NCBI GenBank assembly: GCA_011364975.1
Contig: RDOE01000053.1
Coordinates: 1 to 22,155 of the forward strand
DNA length: 22,155 bases
Source: Promethearchaeota archaeon
GTDB lineage: Archaea > Asgardarchaeota > Lokiarchaeia > Sigyniarchaeales > SOKP01
Reading direction: 5' to 3'
Positions within the stretch are counted from its first letter, which is position 1; the number at the start of each line of letters is the position of its first letter. Shown in pieces: positions 16,748 to 22,155 of the stretch. Position numbers and translations under genes: made by a program. The notes below the pieces were generated by a model. It was not told the origin of the DNA. It saw only the letters and a list, made by a program, of their open reading frames with translations, and did not search any database.

Positions 16748-18412
16748 TTACTTCTCTTTCTTCTTTTCAATTTTCTTTTTCAATTCATTTATAGACATCC
16801 GATATCGAGATTGCCCTTGAGTAGCCATAAAACTTGCTTGGGGTGCATTCATCGCCCTTTCATCTTCCATCTTTAATTCTTCTAATTCCTCGTCTAAAAA
16901 TTCCAATCCTTCATTAAAATCACTTTCAGCATAAAAAGCCTTTCCTTGAGCCTTTAATGATGAATACTCCTTTTCAAGGTTTTCTTTCAAATTTTGTAAT
17001 CGTTTCTTAGATTCAGCACCTTTACCAGCATATTGAGCCACTCCAGCAAATTGTATATTATACATTGCATTTAACTTTTGATCGTAATTTGATTTAAATT
17101 CATTTTCGTTTTTAGTAGTTTTAACACGGTCATTTATAACTCTTAAACGTCGTCTTCCATCTTTATCCTTATAATTTACCTGTAGTTGGACTGGAACTTC
17201 ACCAATTTCCTTTTCTAATCCTTTCTTGGCATCAAGTTCTATGTAGAGTTCTCTATCTTCAGTTACAGCCCCAAGATTAATCTCGGATTCCTTAATATCA
17301 GTAGAACTATATGCTCCTGTAACATTTTTTATATTTATGCCTAAAGGAGTGATTAGTTTTATAGTGACATCCCTACCAATATGGCGTATTTCTTGTAATT
17401 CCTTGAACACAGCACCCATTTCTTGATCTGAAATTAAGAACATCTTGCCACCAGTTTTATCGGTTATATTCCCTAATATCTGCAACCCCATCTCGTTGCT
17501 ATCCCCTGGATTAGAAACTCCTACGATATCAACTACAATATTATTCTTATTACATAGATCCGCCATATGATTATAAAACTTTTCTGCTCCTATACTCGTA
17601 CCTGAGAGATTTCCAACACCTTGATTTGCCATACCATCCGTTAAGAGAGTTATCCGTCCCGTTGAGAATTTAAAAAGCTCGAAGGAAATGATTGCAAAGT
17701 AAAGTGCAGGGCCAAGTGCCGTCATATCCATAGAGCGGAGATCACTTACTTTTTTTATCCAGCTGTCAGCAAATTCACCAATGGAGCCAATTTTTTGCTC
17801 TCCTGTAATAGATTTTTCAAGGCTCAATTTCATTTCATCTAGTGATAATAAGAGCTCCCCAGTAAAATTGAGTGGAGCCTTATCATGTTTAAGATAATAA
17901 TATACTGAACTCTCAAATGCAATTAGAAAAAATTTAGTTGTTGGTGCATTAATTTTAAAATCCTTAATAGTTTGAATTAATGATTTCTTCACCGCTTCAA
18001 TTTTAGCTCCACTCATACTACCTGAAATATCTATAACTGATATATATAATTCTCCTTCCGAATAACCCACACTAGTAATTTTTTTTTCATCTTTAGGTTT
18101 TTTTAGTTGAATATCTTCTAGAATGAAATCGACATCATCAGATAAATGCTCAAGAATCTGTTCTTTACTTACTGAATTTATTGTCCCGCAAAATTCACAT
18201 TTAAAATATGTTCCTATTTTTGAGTCTTCTTTTATCTCGTCAATATTAGTCAATATAGCACCACATTGACTACACTTTATTGGCTTTATTTTAATTTGTT
18301 GTTTTGATGTAGTTAATCCCTTAAAACCAATAGAATAAAGGTAGGGATATAATTCCGAGTTATCTGGAGGTTTCTCTAAAAATTTATTAAATGATCTTTT
18401 AAGCATTATCAA
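16748..18412 (-). CDS. Sec23/Sec24-like protein: Zn finger + vWA trunk + beta-sandwich + helical tail
   Basis: PIKCSQCGAIL...FKCEFCGTIN Zn finger; vWA motifs VIDISGSM, TALGPAL, LLTDG.ANQG.G and TGGKM; beta-sandwich end VQLQVNYKDKDGRRRLRVI. Start is TTG 18412 or ATG 18406. Confidence 0.8.
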   Translation of the reverse strand: MIMLKRSFNKFLEKPPDNSELYPYLYSIGFKGLTTSKQQIKIKPIKCSQCGAILTNIDEIKEDSKIGTYFKCEFCGTINSVSKEQILEHLSDDVDFILEDIQLKKPKDEKKITSVGYSEGELYISVIDISGSMSGAKIEAVKKSLIQTIKDFKINAPTTKFFLIAFESSVYYYLKHDKAPLNFTGELLLSLDEMKLSLEKSITGEQKIGSIGEFADSWIKKVSDLRSMDMTALGPALYFAIISFELFKFSTGRITLLTDGMANQGVGNLSGTSIGAEKFYNHMADLCNKNNIVVDIVGVSNPGDSNEMGLQILGNITDKTGGKMFLISDQEMGAVFKELQEIRHIGRDVTIKLITPLGINIKNVTGAYSSTDIKESEINLGAVTEDRELYIELDAKKGLEKEIGEVPVQLQVNYKDKDGRRRLRVINDRVKTTKNENEFKSNYDQKLNAMYNIQFAGVAQYAGKGAESKKRLQNLKENLEKEYSSLKAQGKAFYAESDFNEGLEFLDEELEELKMEDERAMNAPQASFMATQGQSRYRMSINELKKKIEKKKEK

Positions 18413-18517
18413 TTCACTTTATTTGTTAATTTTAGGATGTAATCATAAATCATCAATTTAAATGTTTGTACAGCTTAAACAAAAAACTTGATATTAATCT
18501 AAATAATTCTATAATTT

Positions 18518-20143
18518 GTGTCGGATCTATTTCTCGGTATTGATTGTTCTACCCAAAGTATGACTGGACTTGTTATTGATTTTGATAATAAAACAATAGT
18601 CTATAATAATAGCATCAATTATGAGCACGATTTGCCACATTATAAGACTAAAAACGGGGTTTATATTTCTGAAGATGGAAAAGTTGTACATTCAAACCCT
18701 TTGATGTGGGTAGACGCTTTAGAGATGCTTTTGAAAAAATTAATTGTAAGTGGTCTACCAACTCATATGATAAAAACTATATCAGGTTCCGGTCAGCAAC
18801 ATGGGACTGTTTATCTAAATAAGTTCTTCGAGAATGTGCTAGATTCTTTAGATCATCACAAAACACTAACAACCCAATTAAAGAATGTCTTTACTCGCTT
18901 AACCAGTCCAATCTGGATGGATTCCAGTACAAGTAAACAGTGTGAAGAGATAAGAGAAGTTTTAGGAGGAAAGGAAGCTTTGATTAAAATAACTGGTTCA
19001 AATACATTTGAAAGATTTTCAGGACCTCAAATTCGAAAATTTTATCAAGAAGATCCTAAAAATTATGCAAAGACATCCATTATTCATCTGGTAAGTTCTT
19101 TTTTATCATCACTTTTGCTTGGAAAAAATTCACCTATAGATCACGGAGATGGGGCTGGAATGAATTTAATGAACATTAAAACTAAACAATGGGACAATAA
19201 GGCGCTAGAGGCAACAGCTCCTGATTTATTGAATAAATTACCACGGCTCTCCCCTTCTTATAAAGTGATAGGAACCATATCTGATTACTTTATAAATAAA
19301 TATGGCTTTTCTCCTAATACTTTGCTAATACCTTGGTCTGGTGATAACCCTAATAGCCTTATAGGATTAGGAGCAACCCAAAAAGGAAATATTGCGATTA
19401 GTTTGGGAACTAGTGACACTTATTTTTCTTATATGAAAGAATTATCATTTGATCTGAAAGGGGAAGGGCATATCTTTGGAGCACCAACAGGTGACTATAT
19501 GTCCCTTATCTGTTATAAGAATGGCTCTTTAGCCAGAGAAAAAGTAAAGGATCAATTTCAACTTAGCTGGGCTGAATTTTCTGAAATATTAAGAAAAACC
19601 CCACCGGGAAATTATGGTAAGATAATGTTACCTTACTTTTTTCCTGAAATAGTTCCATTAGTACTTGATCCTCAAGTTTTTAGGTATGGATTTGAGGAAG
19701 ATGATCTTAACGGAAATATTAGAGCTATCATCGAAGCCCAGTTTCTTTCAATGAAATTACATTCTGAGTGGATTAAGGAAAAACCAATTCAAATCTATAG
19801 TACCGGAGGTGCTTCTGAAAATATAGAGATTCTACAGGTTGCAGCTGATATCTTTAACATTGATATTATAAAGTATTCTATTACTAATTCTGCGGCTTTA
19901 GGTGCGGCAATTAGAAGTATTAAATCATATTTTGAATCTAACGGAGAACCAATTAAATGGGAAAAAATTCTAAAAGATTTTTTACCTCTTCAAAGAAATG
20001 AATTAATTAGGGCGCGCCCTGAATTTAAGGAATTGTATATGGATATGTTGGAATTATATCGCAAATATGAAAATTTCAAAATTAACCAAGAAGAAAATCC
20101 TGAAAAATATCGAATCGAGTTTATTAATAAATACTTTAGCTAA
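18518..20143 (+). CDS. D-xylulose kinase, FGGY family, eukaryote (XYLB/Xks1)-type
   Basis: LGIDCSTQS, PLMWVDAL, ISGSGQQHGTVY, SPIWMDSSTSKQC, FERFSGPQIRK, LVSSFLSSL, DGAGMNL, GDNPNSL, SLGTSDT, CYKNGSLARE and TGGASEN motifs. Confidence 0.9.
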   Translation: MSDLFLGIDCSTQSMTGLVIDFDNKTIVYNNSINYEHDLPHYKTKNGVYISEDGKVVHSNPLMWVDALEMLLKKLIVSGLPTHMIKTISGSGQQHGTVYLNKFFENVLDSLDHHKTLTTQLKNVFTRLTSPIWMDSSTSKQCEEIREVLGGKEALIKITGSNTFERFSGPQIRKFYQEDPKNYAKTSIIHLVSSFLSSLLLGKNSPIDHGDGAGMNLMNIKTKQWDNKALEATAPDLLNKLPRLSPSYKVIGTISDYFINKYGFSPNTLLIPWSGDNPNSLIGLGATQKGNIAISLGTSDTYFSYMKELSFDLKGEGHIFGAPTGDYMSLICYKNGSLAREKVKDQFQLSWAEFSEILRKTPPGNYGKIMLPYFFPEIVPLVLDPQVFRYGFEEDDLNGNIRAIIEAQFLSMKLHSEWIKEKPIQIYSTGGASENIEILQVAADIFNIDIIKYSITNSAALGAAIRSIKSYFESNGEPIKWEKILKDFLPLQRNELIRARPEFKELYMDMLELYRKYENFKINQEENPEKYRIEFINKYFS

Positions 20144-20243
20144 ACCACACCTATAGATTTATTTTAATCAAAAACATACTTATTAATAATTAAAAAACTA
20201 AATTAATGTATTAAATTATAAAAAGATCAACCTAGAACCTAGA

Positions 20244-20390
20244 ATGACCTTAAAAATATTTGAAAGAGAACATAGGAAAAAAACCATTATTGTTATTGTT
20301 TCGATACTAGCAATAGCCACAGTTATGACTATTTTGATAATATTCATTCCAAATATAACTATTCCTAATAATAATGGTGATGGAACATGA
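20244..20390 (+). CDS. Small single-TM protein (48 aa; 66 aa to TAA 20444 if TGA 20388 is read as Sec)
   Basis: Manual translation: MTLKIFEREHRKKTIIVIVSILAIATVMTILIIFIPNITIPNNNGDGT*. Basic N-region followed by a clean hydrophobic helix. Below the ORF-track cutoff. Confidence 0.55.
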   Translation: MTLKIFEREHRKKTIIVIVSILAIATVMTILIIFIPNITIPNNNGDGT

Positions 20391-20557
20391 GGGTGTGCTT
20401 CAATATTTTATCAAAAGCGGTTCCATTTCTTAAAAATACTCTAAAGAATGATGCTTATGAAAAAATTTTAGTCATAAGAGGACTTTCCCCGCATGGGTTA
20501 AGAAATTTCAAGCTAATAGGATTATTTTTTATATTATGGGTTATTCTTATTTTTTAA
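20387..20557 (+). CDS. Possible small tail-anchored protein (56 aa)
   Basis: ATGA overlap with the previous stop and GGTGA 6 nt upstream. Translation: MRVCFNILSKAVPFLKNTLKNDAYEKILVIRGLSPHGLRNFKLIGLFFILWVILIF*. Confidence 0.3.
   Translation: MRVCFNILSKAVPFLKNTLKNDAYEKILVIRGLSPHGLRNFKLIGLFFILWVILIF
20448..20483 (+). other. SECIS-like hairpin candidate
   Basis: AUGA(20448-51)-UG-CUUAUGA / loop AAAAAUUUUAG / UCAUAAG-AG-GA(20481-82)-C. Confidence 0.3.
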
Positions 20558-20623
20558 TTACAATAATTCAATTAAATTTTTAAAAGCACCTTATCTAACT
20601 GATGTGTTTAATGGTGGTGAATC

Positions 20624-21418
20624 GTGAGTAAAGAAATTCCCGAGAATGTTAAGGACGCGCTACGTTCTATTGGCCTCACTGATTATGAAATATCAATTTA
20701 TCTTACTTTGATTTCTAAAGGTCCAATGGATGCCCGAGAATTGTCAGAAGCTTCAGGTGTTCCTTACTCTCGTATCTATAACATACTTACACAGTTAGAA
20801 AAGGAAAAAATGTGGATAATCAAAGAAGAAGAATCGAGACCTAGCAGGTATTTTGCAAAAAGCCCGGATGAGGCATTAGTAATTGCAAAAAAACAATATA
20901 ATGACAGTTTTGACGACCAATCAAATAAAATCATTAATACGTTAACTCCAATATATCAATCTCATGATACTCCGATAAAGATCGCTTTATATGTTCATCG
21001 TGGAAGAGACGTTTGCATCAATCGAAGTCTTGCTTTAATCAATATGGCAAAAACCGCTTTATATCTTGTTGCTCCAGAATTAGAATTTTTAGAGGAATTT
21101 TACAGCGATTTAGAAAAGGCAAGAGCACGAGGAGTAACCGATATAAGATTACTAGTGGAAGAAGAAACGCTTGAGGATGAAAAATTCAACACATTACTTA
21201 AAAAGTATAACACGATAGCGGAAATTAAATCACGAGATCAAGTATTTGGTACCTGTGTAGTAATGGATGAGGGTGAAGATGCTTTTATTATACTTACTCA
21301 AAAATTTTTCAAGAAACTTTCTTATTTTGGAGCAGTAACTGACCATATCGCTTTCGGTCCAGCTGCGAATTATTATTTCAGCTATTTATATAATACTGCT
21401 AAAGAAGTTAAATTCTAA
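20624..21418 (+). CDS. TrmB family transcriptional regulator
   Basis: LRSIGLTDYEISIYLTL..GPMDARELSEASGVPYSRIYNIL wHTH, RPSRYFAKSP and a PLD-like C-terminal domain. GTG start after GGTGGTGA. Confidence 0.93.
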   Translation: MSKEIPENVKDALRSIGLTDYEISIYLTLISKGPMDARELSEASGVPYSRIYNILTQLEKEKMWIIKEEESRPSRYFAKSPDEALVIAKKQYNDSFDDQSNKIINTLTPIYQSHDTPIKIALYVHRGRDVCINRSLALINMAKTALYLVAPELEFLEEFYSDLEKARARGVTDIRLLVEEETLEDEKFNTLLKKYNTIAEIKSRDQVFGTCVVMDEGEDAFIILTQKFFKKLSYFGAVTDHIAFGPAANYYFSYLYNTAKEVKF

Positions 21419-21431
21419 TTCTGCTATAAGT

Positions 21432-22154
21432 TTAGTTCTTTTTATAAACTGGAAGTATTATATGCGATTGATGCTTTGGATCATGATAAATCTTTTGAAC
21501 TGCTGTTTTAAATTTCCTTCCACTTATTTCTCCAGCTAGGTTTGAATTAACATCAAATCGAGGAAAATTACTAGATGATATTTCTACACCGATTTTATGG
21601 TTTTCTGGGAAATAAATAGCGATAGAACCCAATTTGATCTTACATTCTATAATTTCATCAGGTTCAATAAATTTAGGACTGTTTAAATTCCCTTCTCGAT
21701 AACGTACCCTAAGACCTGAATCAATTATATTAATACTCTTTTTGCCTTTAGGAAAAATATCAACAAGCTTAACCATAAAATCGGTATCTTTCACACTAGA
21801 CGATACGTAGAGCACTACTTCAATCTCACCTATAACTTCTATACCTTTATTCAGGGTTTCACTCGTATATACTAACACATCATCTCTTTTTTCAATTTTT
21901 ATCTGATTATGCGGTCCACTTAATAAAAATAAATTTCTCCCACCGTATGTGCAAACAGGATCAGATGGATCAAATTGGTAAGTGGTATAAGCTTCATTTT
22001 TTAACATCTTTTCAGATTGAGTATTTTCAAATATTAAACTTTTTCTTTTACCCTCGGAATGTAAATATAGTTTTAATTTTTCAGTTTTGGGTGGCCATTG
22101 ATTAAATCCTCTCCATTTATTTTTATTTATTATAAAAATTTGTAAAGGGGGCAG
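21432..22154 (-). CDS. CocE/NonD family hydrolase, C-terminal part (runs off the right edge)
   Basis: The frame is open to the window edge: PPLQIFIINKNKWRGFNQWPP..KLYLHS, DPSDPVCTYGG, EKRDDVLVYTS, DTDFMVKLVD, HKIGVEISSSNFPRFDVNSN and HDPKHQSHIILPV. Confidence 0.92.
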   Translation of the reverse strand: MPPLQIFIINKNKWRGFNQWPPKTEKLKLYLHSEGKRKSLIFENTQSEKMLKNEAYTTYQFDPSDPVCTYGGRNLFLLSGPHNQIKIEKRDDVLVYTSETLNKGIEVIGEIEVVLYVSSSVKDTDFMVKLVDIFPKGKKSINIIDSGLRVRYREGNLNSPKFIEPDEIIECKIKLGSIAIYFPENHKIGVEISSSNFPRFDVNSNLAGEISGRKFKTAVQKIYHDPKHQSHIILPVYKKN

Positions 22155-22155
22155 A

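Noticed and set aside
1-22155. CRISPR arrays, tRNA/rRNA genes, IS elements and integrases
   Set aside because: By eye I found no regularly spaced repeats, GC-rich cloverleafs, transposase/integrase motifs or terminal inverted repeats.

Overview
AT-rich archaeal chromosomal segment, most consistent with an Asgard (Lokiarchaeia-like) genome. That placement is an inference from a GPN-loop GTPase, TrmB and Lrp regulators, GTGA/GAGGT-type ribosome-binding sites, archaeal TATA boxes, a Sec23/24-like Zn-finger+vWA protein, an IFT52/GIFT-like protein and a eukaryote-type xylulokinase. Contents from left to right: a truncated gene with a paired operator, small hypotheticals, DsrE, an orphan beta-class DNA methyltransferase head-to-head with an NDT-like protein, GPN GTPase, sugar-phosphate nucleotidyltransferase, GIFT-domain protein, homocitrate/IPM-synthase-family enzyme, a metal/Fe-S cluster (SlyD, two radical SAMs, NifX-like, IscU, FeoA, FeoB), Lrp, Sec23/24-like protein, xylulokinase, two unannotated small membrane ORFs, TrmB and a truncated CocE/NonD hydrolase. 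Two hidden signals stand out. (1) Three conserved genes (GPN GTPase, SplB-like radical SAM, feoA) have no ATG/GTG/TTG upstream of their essential N-terminal motifs and appear to start at ATT/ATA behind RBS-like motifs. (2) A small membrane ORF ends in TGA-GGG-TGT and is followed by a eukaryote-like SECIS-shaped hairpin, making it a candidate novel selenoprotein. No rRNA, tRNA, CRISPR array or IS element was recognised.
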